DNA of 63,972 nucleotides, counting the filler, from Craspedostauros australis (taxonomy: Eukaryota), in NCBI GenBank assembly GCA_030167865.1. It is 6 parts of 6 records of this genome, joined end to end, with 100 filler letters (N's around TTAATTAATTAA, not from the genome) between each part and the next. Parts side by side here need not be neighbours in the genome. Positions count along the whole stretch, not along the records: positions 24,352 to 55,332 come from JALAGF010000201.1; 5 more parts are not named here. The stretch is one strand, 5' to 3'. The notes below the pieces were generated by a model. It made no database searches. It was not told the origin of the DNA and saw nothing but the letters and a program-made list of their open reading frames with translations. How positions within the stretch are numbered: the stretch's first letter is position 1; each line of letters opens with the position of its first letter. The position numbers and the translations under genes are program-made. Positions 35,608-45,696 of the stretch are shown here, in pieces.

Positions 35608-35849
35608 CCAATCGTGCGAAAACCGAATCACTCGCCGACGAAATACAGACGGAAGATTTTCCGCTTTCCATTTGCCTTGGCGAAAACCTGTGATTGGTTG
35701 TCTCGGTCGTGATTGGAATGATGCGGAACCAATCGGAGCAATCGCCCAGTTTGTTCCGAAGATCACGAACGGAAGCGAAATGGTATCGCCAAACCTGATT
35801 GGATGTCGTTCCGATTGCTTCCGCTTCCTGGGCGACTGGTCGTCATTGG
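35608..35849. promoter_or_regulatory. CCAAT-box cluster upstream of the P4H gene
   Basis: CCAATC/GATTGG at 35608, 35692, 35711, 35729 and 35797, plus ATTGG at 35845. Confidence 0.45.
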
Positions 35850-38191
35850 TTGAATTGATGGAAGGATACATGCTGGCTTGCTCGCAATCAAGCGCCCGTC
35901 AATCTTGTTTGTTTCAACGTCATTCTGCCGTTCTTCGCTTTCGCGACAACGTTGTCGTCATGACGAAGTTGTGCTAGCGCAATCTGCAATGCTCTGCGCA
36001 CGAGAGGATCTTTCTCATTGTTCTGCGCAGAAGACAGAAAGTTCTCGGAAGGGCAGGTCGTCCAACGGTTGAGGTAAACGCTCGTTCGGCTGGCTGCCTT
36101 GCCATCGTTAGTTGTGACGCGCGCCGGCAGCTGTTTGATTTTGACAAAGTGCGCGAAGGAACATCGAGGAACGTAAGCACGAGTCACACGAAGACAGCAG
36201 GGCCATTGACGCACGCGAACATCGTAAATTGCACACAAGACAGCATCACGCGTTGAATCTCGTTGGCTGTCGCGTTGGCGTACTGCATATGCCCCTTTAT
36301 TGATGACGTTTGTTGCCCCCCTTTTTATTTTGAAGCAGCCGTCGCGTTGACCGCATTGCTTTTTGAAAATTTGAGATCTGGTGTGTTGTGCGTATACCTG
36401 TCGAGCCGACCGCGCCTCTGTTTACATGCTTCTTGATCTCATTCATTCGACCAGGATACGCCCCTAATTTCAGCGATGTGAATTCCTTCAGTCAATGGTC
36501 ATCACATCTTCGGCATTAGGACAGTTGGACATCAACGCCGGTTGCTCTGCCAGTACTTTCGGCAATGATGCGTGGCTGTGGAAGGGTAGGATGCTCTCTG
36601 GCGTTAATGGAGAGCGGCACGTCTTGCTCTTGATCTTCAAGTGGCGTCAAGGCTCTTCCGTCGCAGCATTGGCATCAACATGAACATGGACATCACCATC
36701 GACACCAAGGTTTGATTTGCAGGGTTGTGTTTGCGTCGCGGAGATTCAGCTCAGAGTCGGATTTGGTTCCGATGTTGTGTCGTGCGCTTCTCGATTGTTC
36801 ATCGCGTCGAGGTACAAACAGAGCAGACGCTGTTGTCTCCAACAAAACCGACGAATCTCAACTATACAGACGCGCATCGCCTTCACTGTTTGTTCCAACA
36901 ACTTCATGTGTCCGTGTTGAGCGGTTTGAGCTGCTACAGTCCATCAACGTAGAAGTAGTAGCAGTGCGAGCAACAGCCTTTGCAGTAGCCGCAGAGCTGA
37001 ATGGCGTAAAACAACTGAACAGTAAAAGACAAACGAAACAAACGAACAAACTTGAATTTCATTGTGTGTCCCACCCCCAAAATGCGACGTTTTCCACCAA
37101 TTGGATCACCCTCCTGCTCGCGCTGGTTCTTGGTTGCTCACGGACTGAACGCACCACGCAACGTCCCCAAGGGGGAGAAAAAGGAGGAACAAAGAGGTGG
37201 GGCGAAAGTGCCGACCCAAAATCTGCACCTTCGACAACGGCAGATCATTGGCAGTAGTTGGTGCACGCAACTGCGGGCTGGCTTGACAGATCGCTGCGAA
37301 CGCAAATTGGCTGGTACGTGCTTCGACAATGCCACCTGCGCGACTTTTCGCTTTCGTCATCATCTTTGGTTTGACTTCGCTTGTTGGGGGTCACGGAGAT
37401 GCCAGCATTGCGTGTGTGGTTGCAGCGTGGCGGCAAAAACCGTTGTTGACCATCTCAACCGCAACAACAACGACAACAACAACAACAACAAGAGCATCAA
37501 CAACGGTACCTACGGATACCAACAAAAGCAACACCAAGGAGATCATGAGACAACAGCGCAACTGAAGTGCAACTGAAACACATCAACCATCCGCACTCAT
37601 CACAAAACGAAAGCCCGAATAGTCATCGCATTGGTCTTAGCTATCATCATCCTTGGCGCGCCTCCTCTCTCTTGGCGAAGCTTGGAACGATCCGTTTGCC
37701 GCAATCCGTCGCTATCTGCCGATCGTCGAATCCAACTCGTGAACTTCGCGCGAAATCAGCAAAGTGAGTGGCGCATGCCAAGACCGCCTGAATCGTGCTG
37801 TTGGTCATCCACGAAACACCACCGTCCGCTCATCACAACAACACACAAGACACAAAACGCAGCAGACCGGAGCATTGCTTCCACGTTCCTCTCTCACTTC
37901 CAGAGCAAGAACGACGATCGCAATACTGATCTTGCGCCTCCGCATCTCTGACTCGTGGAACTCTACCACACAGCACCAGCTTCGTCATCATCCGCAACTG
38001 CACCATCGCGATCCCTTGTGGTCATTGCGGGAGTCCACACCTCAGGACGCTTTGAATCTTTCTTCCCAAACCGTACTCTTGCATTGAATTGCATTGCATT
38101 GTAGAATACAGCAACACCAGCACTTGCAGACACTCTCGCTGCAACGCGCAGAACCGGAATAGAGCACATCAAAGCACAACAAAGCACAGCA

Positions 38192-40591
38192 ATGATCCGA
38201 CTTCGTTCACAAGCCAACCTGGAGGCATCGCCAGCTGAGACCGTTGGTCTGCTGGATTCGCCATCGAAGCGACATTCCCCTTGCCACCACAGCCACAACA
38301 ACAGCAGCAGAAGTAACAGAAGCAACATAAGTAGCACCAGTGCCAGTGCCAATGCCACCAACAGGAGGAGAAAGAGCAGAGGCAGCTCATCAGTCAGCGA
38401 TTCACAACGGTGCTCGGCATCAGCCTCTGGTCAGCGATCTCCATCAACCCTCAACCCCAGGAGCCTCATCCACAGCCAGTCTTTCCATCGCACGCGCCTG
38501 CCATCGATAGAACTCTCCAGGAGCTCCAGATCGCTGTCCTACCTCGACAACGAGCAGAAGCAGCAGCACAACGATAGCGGCAACCGGACTGATAAGCAGC
38601 AGCGAGCACGGGGCGACGATCATCTGAAGACCGGCGCTTCCAATGACGCGTCTACGCCTCCATTCTCCATCTTCTTCCCCATCAACCCGCCATCCATCGT
38701 ATCCACGGCCGCCTCTCGCAGGCCCCAGGCCAGGACCAACAACAAGCTCATGATCCGCAGCGGCAGCAACTTCAGCAAGGGCAAATCGGACAAGAGGGCA
38801 GCCAGGAGATCGTCCAACACGCGCCGCCATCCGCAGCATCACCAGCGGTTCAGCGATGATGACTTCGACAACGATTACCTCCACAACAAGCTCGGCTGCA
38901 CCCACAGCCACAGCCAGAACTGTCTCACGTACGAGCACGCAGACTTGGCCAGCGACTTCAACGGCAGCGCCAGCAACGGCAAAGCGCACATGGAAGACGG
39001 CATCTACTCCGACCTTTTCGATGGCGAGGACCTCACTGACACGGAAACCGAGGATGATTGCTTGTACATCGCAAGCGACAATGACGAAGCGGATGGAGAT
39101 GACACTTCCGATGATGGCAGCACGCGCAAGCGGGTCATACACGATCGCGCGATGAGCAACAAGCGAACCTGCCACAAGTGGTCCGCGCGCGTCCTCTACC
39201 TCATCCTCTTCCTCATGCTCGTGGCATTCATCACCGTCAAGGTCATCGCCTTCTTCCGCATCAGGCTGCGCAGCCGGCCAGCCTGGCTCTACGGCAACAA
39301 ACCCATGCAGGAGACCCACGTGGAGACCTGCCTCAAGAAGATATACAACATCGATCCAGACGATCCACCGCCCGTCCTCTCCAAGTACGACGACAAGGTC
39401 TACTGGGAGTGGCAGATCTACTCCAACGCAACCGACGGAGGCCTGCCACGAGGCCAAACACAAAAATACAGCACCTACCCCAGCTCACGCGCGCAGCAAC
39501 GGAAACGTGAGAAGGAACGCAAACGACAACGTCAGGAACTGCAACGCATCAAGGAGGCACAGGAAAACAACGCCGGCGCATCCGACGACACCACCCACTC
39601 ATCGCACTACCTCAGGCTGCGTGGCAAGCACAAGAAGCGCAACAACAACGACGAAGATGATGCCGACGCATCCATGGACGACTTCGCGGATGACATTGCA
39701 TCATCCGGGCAACGCGGCAAGCGTCCATACAACTTCCGCCAACCACAGACGGAGGAGCCCAAGGAACCCAAGAAGGTCCTCATCGCGCAATACACCGGCT
39801 TCGGATCCTACGCAAAACTACTCGATGCTGTCGCGCCGGTCAACAAGGCATACGCGCAATTCTGGGGATACGACTACGTCAGCTTGCAGGGCACGTCCTT
39901 GCTGTGGCATGGTCTGGACAATGCCGATCCATCCGCCACGACAGCGAAGGAGACCGTAAGAAAGGATGAAGGTGACGTCGATGCCAACGACTGTTACTTT
40001 GCACCAGGCCCCCGTGCCACCTTCGATAAGGTTGCGTTGCTGGAAGCCGCACTCGCCAGAAATACATCCTACGACTACCTCCTCATCCTCGACACGGATG
40101 CCATGATCGTGGATTTCGATGTCGACATCGCCGATCTCATGCCATCCGACAAGGCGCTCATGGCGCAACGAGTTTGGCAGTGGGATGTTCCGCACACCTG
40201 GGATATCAACGCTGGTATCACCCTGTGGAACCTGCATCACCCCACCACGCAAACCATCTTCAACCAGTGGAACGAATACTCCTCCACAGAGCTCACCAAC
40301 GTCCTCGTCAACAATGACGACCAATACTTCCTCCAGACCATCCTTCTCGACCTCGGCGAGGCGGAGCGCAAGCTCGCCGTCGCATCCGCGCGACATGAAT
40401 TCTTCTACTCCAAGGCCACCATCATCAAGCATTTCAAACGCGAGACGCGCAGCTGGTCCAACACCGGCCTCGATGATCGTATGCAACGCATCGATGAAGC
40501 GATCGAAGATATCTGCTTGACATGGCCGGAATCATGTCCCAAGAACATGACCGACACCGTCCTCTATTCCGAACGTCCGCCATTGCAGTAA
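38192..40591 (+). CDS. Type II membrane glycosyltransferase, GT34 (GMA12/MNN10)-like, with long cytosolic low-complexity N-terminus
   Basis: TM VLYLILFLMLVAFITVKVIAFF, followed by NKAYAQFWGYDY, RATFDKV, DYLLILDTDAMI (DxD), INAGITLW, DDQ and IIKHF. The start codon is uncertain. Confidence 0.78.
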   Translation: MIRLRSQANLEASPAETVGLLDSPSKRHSPCHHSHNNSSRSNRSNISSTSASANATNRRRKSRGSSSVSDSQRCSASASGQRSPSTLNPRSLIHSQSFHRTRLPSIELSRSSRSLSYLDNEQKQQHNDSGNRTDKQQRARGDDHLKTGASNDASTPPFSIFFPINPPSIVSTAASRRPQARTNNKLMIRSGSNFSKGKSDKRAARRSSNTRRHPQHHQRFSDDDFDNDYLHNKLGCTHSHSQNCLTYEHADLASDFNGSASNGKAHMEDGIYSDLFDGEDLTDTETEDDCLYIASDNDEADGDDTSDDGSTRKRVIHDRAMSNKRTCHKWSARVLYLILFLMLVAFITVKVIAFFRIRLRSRPAWLYGNKPMQETHVETCLKKIYNIDPDDPPPVLSKYDDKVYWEWQIYSNATDGGLPRGQTQKYSTYPSSRAQQRKREKERKRQRQELQRIKEAQENNAGASDDTTHSSHYLRLRGKHKKRNNNDEDDADASMDDFADDIASSGQRGKRPYNFRQPQTEEPKEPKKVLIAQYTGFGSYAKLLDAVAPVNKAYAQFWGYDYVSLQGTSLLWHGLDNADPSATTAKETVRKDEGDVDANDCYFAPGPRATFDKVALLEAALARNTSYDYLLILDTDAMIVDFDVDIADLMPSDKALMAQRVWQWDVPHTWDINAGITLWNLHHPTTQTIFNQWNEYSSTELTNVLVNNDDQYFLQTILLDLGEAERKLAVASARHEFFYSKATIIKHFKRETRSWSNTGLDDRMQRIDEAIEDICLTWPESCPKNMTDTVLYSERPPLQ

Positions 40592-40883
40592 ATAAAATAA
40601 GAGTGCCAATGCCGAAAGCGAATGGTTTCCGTGTCGACGTCATCAAAGATTGACCTCTTTGATCGTGTTATCCTTCCCAAGACTGCGAAGGACTTCGCGG
40701 GAGTATTTCTTGTGTTTTGGAAGCGAGCGAACGTTCTGCGATCACAATAACCAATAACGCTTCTAGAGTACAGCAGTATGATACCAGAGAGCACGTGATG
40801 CGTAGGTACTCTATTCTATGATACGATAGTATGCCAAGAGAGTAGCATTGCTCCGGATTGCCCAGCACGTGCCCATACTCAAC

Positions 40884-42026
40884 TCATTTCCCAACGCTCG
40901 GTGCTGCCCGATCTTTCAGCCAAGCCAGGTATCCGCTCAGATCGATCTGGGTAGCGATTTGGATTTGCGCCGACTCTTTCGTGCCTTCATGCAAACAGCC
41001 ATGTTCATCGACGACCACATGCCGAGTATCCCACTGCGCGACGTCGGGATATTCCATGACGTAGGCGCACACGGGGTCCGAGAACAACCCGTAATCGTCC
41101 CACTGCAGGATGGATCTCAGGTCCACCGTCGCAGCATCGTCGTGGTGTGGCAACGTCGCAATGAAGTCGTCCATGTCGCCGAGCTGCCGCATCACGTAGG
41201 CTCGATCGCTGACCTCGCCCGGAATGAGACGGATCTTGCAAGCGACGGCGGCATCGAACACCTGTTGCACGGCATGGGGGTCCCAGCTGAAGTTGAATTC
41301 GGCGACGTCGCGATCGCCCAGGTTGCCACCCAGCATCCATATCGCTGCGATATGTTCGTCATGCGAATTCATCAGCTGCATCCACGATGCGAGGTTCGTG
41401 AGCGGTCCCAAGCACAGGATGTCGACGGGAGGGATGGGTGATTCGTTTCTGGAGTTCCCCGCAGGCGATGCGGTATCGCCACGGCCTGCATCATCTTGCA
41501 CTGCATCTTCCCACTGTCCCAAGAAGGATGCGAACTCAGATTCGCAGGGTCCTGCGCATCCTCCTCCCTTGTCTGGGCTGGATAGTAGTACATCGGCTGA
41601 TCCTGCATCCGATTGATGCTTTCCTTCCATCGTCAGAGTATCCTCCTGTGGCGTCTCGGTGAGACTTCCTGCCTTGTTCTGCCGCTTGTCAGATCTGCCC
41701 GTTGTTGCTACTGCGCCCGTTTGGGAAGATCGGTGCTTGCGTGCAAAGTCCTGAAAGCTGCGACGGCTGCGCGGCAGCCACTCTGGTTCGTCTCTCGTGG
41801 AACTGCTGGTCTCCAGGCCCTTCAGGACGCTCTGAGTGGCAGGCAGGAAGGAACGCAACGCGGCTGCACCATCGTTCGCTGTGGACACTCCGCCTACCGT
41901 CGAGATCTTGACGTGCGTGGAACGAATGCCTCCTGCCAGGACGCACCAGATGGCAACCAAGTCATCAAAGCCGACATCCGTATCGATCCACAATCGTTTG
42001 CGGATGTTGCGGCTGGCCAGTATCAT
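40884..42026 (-). CDS. Inosine-uridine-preferring nucleoside hydrolase family protein (divergent)
   Basis: Ca-binding WIDTDVGFDD (DxDxxxDD), LGPLTNLA, MLGG, AEFNFSWDPHA and DP near the C-terminus. Confidence 0.85.
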   Translation of the reverse strand: MILASRNIRKRLWIDTDVGFDDLVAIWCVLAGGIRSTHVKISTVGGVSTANDGAAALRSFLPATQSVLKGLETSSSTRDEPEWLPRSRRSFQDFARKHRSSQTGAVATTGRSDKRQNKAGSLTETPQEDTLTMEGKHQSDAGSADVLLSSPDKGGGCAGPCESEFASFLGQWEDAVQDDAGRGDTASPAGNSRNESPIPPVDILCLGPLTNLASWMQLMNSHDEHIAAIWMLGGNLGDRDVAEFNFSWDPHAVQQVFDAAVACKIRLIPGEVSDRAYVMRQLGDMDDFIATLPHHDDAATVDLRSILQWDDYGLFSDPVCAYVMEYPDVAQWDTRHVVVDEHGCLHEGTKESAQIQIATQIDLSGYLAWLKDRAAPSVGK

Positions 42027-42449
42027 GGCTTTCGGCAGTGCTTCTGGGAATACTCAGAGTTTTGGTCATTGGCATCCTCGTTGTTGACATGGATGTTCTG
42101 CAGCTGTGCAGAATTTGGCTCTGTTCTTGATGTGACTGGACTCGCGGTAAATGTGTATTATTCGTAATAATGTATGTCGACATCGATATCAATACTAACG
42201 TATTGGATAATATTCTTTATATAAAATTACACTTAACTCCATATCCACACCAGAAAGAAACACGAAAGAGTCACAACCGTGAACAAACCAACAAGCACAA
42301 AAACACGAATGAAGGTTTGGAGCGGATGTTGCTGATTCTCTGCGTGCTGCCTCCAACGAAGAATGCACTGCGCCGTGTGGGGATCTGCCGTTCACTCGCT
42401 CAATCATCCACCCACCAATCATTACGCACACACGAACAGCGATTTGACA

Positions 42450-44189
42450 ATGCCATATCCAGCGATGCTGTCGCTGAATGAACACGAGGAGTACCATGAG
42501 CACAATGATCAGGAGGGTTGGGACGGGCCTCAGCTTCAGCAGGTGCAACTGCGGCATCCATCAGAAGCTGCCAGGATGGAGGCACCTGGGGGAATCGAGA
42601 TGGATAGACAGGCAGAGGCGCAAACAGAAGCACAGGCAGAAGCACAGACGAAAGTACGAGAAACCCCAGACATCCCGATCAATGTCATCGTCGCTTTCAT
42701 CGTCCCCTTCCTGCGACGCCCGGAATGGAATGCCATGTGCCTGGCCAACAGGGAGCTCAACGCCTACATGTGGCGGAACAAGACCGCGGTGCCACCCTGG
42801 CCTCGTACCCGCGTGCGCGTGCGCCAAGCCATAGTCTCTCTATCAGTCTCGCCTGACAATGGCATCGCTGCGTTTGGCGATCGTCAGGGCCGCGTTTACC
42901 TCATGGACAGTCGCAAGGGCGAGATCGTCCACGTCGGCGAGGGACACTTCGGCGACGTCTCCAAGCTCTGCTTTTCACCGAACGGCGCCTGGTTGGCATC
43001 GGCCGGCACGGACAGATCCATCGTGCTGTGGAATTTGGTGGACTACAAGAATCCCTACCGCTCGCAAAGGGGGCTGCCGCTGTGGGAGAAGCTGCTGGAT
43101 GGCGGACACACGGATGCCATCACCTCCATTGCATTTTCGGCGGACTCGCAGGTGCTCGTTTCGGGCGGATACGACCGCGTTCTGCGCATTTGGGATGTGG
43201 GTACTGGCCAGCAGATACAGTGTCCGCAAGGATGGGAGGGTGCGACACGCGGCTACGTCCAGGAGTTGCAATGGTCTCCCTGCATCAACACCCTGCCAAG
43301 CATGCATCCGCCGAAGACAAAGCCGGGTATGACGTCCAAGGAGACGACCAAGCAGTACGCACTGCTGTCGGTGGAGCTGGGATTCCCCGTCCATGTCTGG
43401 GAACTCGAGCTCTCCACCACCACATGCACACCGACGATATCGAAGCCAAGAGAAATTGCCAATACCATACCTTCGACTGCAGTCACAGCCGCAACCTCCG
43501 CCACCGCAAACCCCAACGAGACCACCGTGGAGCATTCTATCGGCAGGTGCGATTGCATCAAGTACGGTAGCGACGAATCCAGGGTGCAGGCGGCATGTTT
43601 CAACAACGATGCCACGACCATCGTCATTCTCTATCAACACTGTTACCTGGAGATTTGGGACAGGCAGACGAGGCAATGCCAGCGCACGATCCCAGTCTTT
43701 CGGGATGCAGCATACCTGGTCCCATCGCTGCATCCCAGAACAACGGTATTGCACTCGCTCATGATGACGCAGGCGCCTGACATGCGATGGGCCATCGCCA
43801 CGGCAACTACCAAAACCCTGTTTTATTGCAAAGGCGGTGTGCGCAGCGTTGATCGGAAGGGCACCCGCTTGTCAGCAAACCGAGTGCTCGACGCCGACGG
43901 CACCGGCGTTCCCACAAGCACTACCGACAGCACAGCTGGGACAGGCAAGGGCAGCAATAGCAGCAGCAGCAACAATGGTCACAGCAACCACAGCAAAAGT
44001 ACCGATCACACCCCTGCTCGACACCCCAAAATGAAACGCCGATCCACGGATATCCTATCGCGAGAACGGGAGACCGTCCAGTGCCTTACCGTCACGAACA
44101 ACCATGCGACGGTCTTCGCCGCCATTGGTGGATCTCTCAGCGGTCCCAACACCGACTCCAAGTACATTTGCATTCGGCATGCGCCTTGA
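42450..44189 (+). CDS. WD40-repeat protein with F-box-like N-terminal motif
   Basis: GHFGDVSKLCFSPNGAWLASAGTDRSIVLWN and GHTDAITSIAFSADSQVLVSGGYDRVLRIWD. IPINVIVAFIVPFLRRPEWNAMCLANREL is F-box-like. The start is taken at acaATG 42450. Confidence 0.8.
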   Translation: MPYPAMLSLNEHEEYHEHNDQEGWDGPQLQQVQLRHPSEAARMEAPGGIEMDRQAEAQTEAQAEAQTKVRETPDIPINVIVAFIVPFLRRPEWNAMCLANRELNAYMWRNKTAVPPWPRTRVRVRQAIVSLSVSPDNGIAAFGDRQGRVYLMDSRKGEIVHVGEGHFGDVSKLCFSPNGAWLASAGTDRSIVLWNLVDYKNPYRSQRGLPLWEKLLDGGHTDAITSIAFSADSQVLVSGGYDRVLRIWDVGTGQQIQCPQGWEGATRGYVQELQWSPCINTLPSMHPPKTKPGMTSKETTKQYALLSVELGFPVHVWELELSTTTCTPTISKPREIANTIPSTAVTAATSATANPNETTVEHSIGRCDCIKYGSDESRVQAACFNNDATTIVILYQHCYLEIWDRQTRQCQRTIPVFRDAAYLVPSLHPRTTVLHSLMMTQAPDMRWAIATATTKTLFYCKGGVRSVDRKGTRLSANRVLDADGTGVPTSTTDSTAGTGKGSNSSSSNNGHSNHSKSTDHTPARHPKMKRRSTDILSRERETVQCLTVTNNHATVFAAIGGSLSGPNTDSKYICIRHAP

Positions 44190-44490
44190 GATGGAACTGG
44201 CTTCAGCTTCGCAACATTCCCGGATGTGCGTGACTCAAATCGTATCTGACGAAGATACGACGTTCCTCCCATCAGAACATCACCACAGCTGAGAACAGAA
44301 TTCAGAACAGGTCAACCGTGAGAGGAAGCGCAATGCAGCCGAATGAGCAACACCCATACCTCCGCAGAACTAACGGAGGAGAACGGGAGGGAGCACACAG
44401 AGACGGCGAAGTCGCACATCCAGCATCTCACATCACGCAACGCTCATCCGAACAGCGGCCACGACGGCGAAGAAGAAGCGCTCTGCATCC

Positions 44491-45321
44491 ATGATGTGCT
44501 CAGCACTGCGCGCCGTCTTGGCGATGGCATGCGTGTTGGGTAGCGCTCTTTCATTCCAACCTGCACCCTTCGTGGAGTGCAAGGCAGAGTGCAGACCCAA
44601 CATCTACTCGCCGAGACCGTTGTCGGCATGGCGCGGTTCTCATCCTGAGCCGAACTCCCTTCACGGCGACGATCACGATCGCGATGACAGCTCTCTGCAT
44701 GGGCGCGCCCACAGCGATTCTTCGCATGATAGCAGCAGCCAAAACGAGATTGAGCAACGCACTTCATCGGATTGGGCCGAAGCCGAGCTAACGTTGCTCA
44801 AGGCTCCCACGGAACCTCATCCGGACATCCCACCCGAAACGGTCGCCTTGACATGCGTCCGCAGCCTGCAATGGGTGGATCATCCTGCTCCCCTCACGGG
44901 GTTGAAACGCTGTTTCGATTTCTTCACGTATGATTGTCGCAAATGCGTGACGGCGCGGCAAGGCGGGGGCACGGTCGAACGGTTTTGTGAGCACGGCGTG
45001 CTGTCACCCGCATTGCAACCCTTCATGGGAGCACATCGCGTGGAGCTGGGCGAAGCAACCTACACAGATGCGCGACCGCCGTTGCGAGGTGCGATGATGT
45101 CCTACCCTGTGCTGATCCGTGGTGCGCCGATACTGGCCTTGCAGCATCCATCGGGCATGGTGAGGCAGGGCATCGTCAGCGAACCGCCAGAAGTGCGCAT
45201 GGTGATGCGGTTGGAACAGCAGCGACGTCCACCGAACCAAGGGTGCTGGCTGGTCAAGGAAGTCCTCGATGTCCGGCATGCCTTCGCTGGCGACATGGGG
45301 AATTCAGGCGTCGGAGGTTGA
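44491..45321 (+). CDS. Hypothetical plastid-targeted protein
   Basis: Signal peptide ending GSALS|FQP (Phe at +1), Arg/Ser-rich transit region, and a globular domain ending QQRRPPNQGCWLV. Confidence 0.72.
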   Translation: MMCSALRAVLAMACVLGSALSFQPAPFVECKAECRPNIYSPRPLSAWRGSHPEPNSLHGDDHDRDDSSLHGRAHSDSSHDSSSQNEIEQRTSSDWAEAELTLLKAPTEPHPDIPPETVALTCVRSLQWVDHPAPLTGLKRCFDFFTYDCRKCVTARQGGGTVERFCEHGVLSPALQPFMGAHRVELGEATYTDARPPLRGAMMSYPVLIRGAPILALQHPSGMVRQGIVSEPPEVRMVMRLEQQRRPPNQGCWLVKEVLDVRHAFAGDMGNSGVGG

Positions 45322-45696
45322 CCGATTGTCTCACGAGAACGAGGATGGCGGAGCACAAGACAGTACGTACAAAGGGAATCGTTCTACCAGAGTCATGGCA
45401 ACCAAAGAGCGATATCTGTGCCATCACCCATGCCCACGTCTTTGCTGACCCATCAACCGCTGCGATACAGGCAGGCAAGGCAGACAGGCAAAGATGGGCA
45501 TGAATGTAAGAAGCGCGCGTGTCGTCAGACTTGCGAGATTAATGAGATAATCCCGCCAACATCCTTTTCATTGTGCGAGCAGCTGTTCCTCTACGAATAC
45601 TCGAAGCTGCTCATCAAAACTGGAATGCTGGAATACGACCAGTTGGTACTATCATGCGTATTACGACTGCTTCGTTTGCTTGTGGCACGGTATGAG

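Noticed and set aside
3780..42026. PNP plus nucleoside hydrolase as a nucleoside-salvage cluster
   Set aside because: They are about 36 kb apart and on different contigs separated by a synthetic linker.
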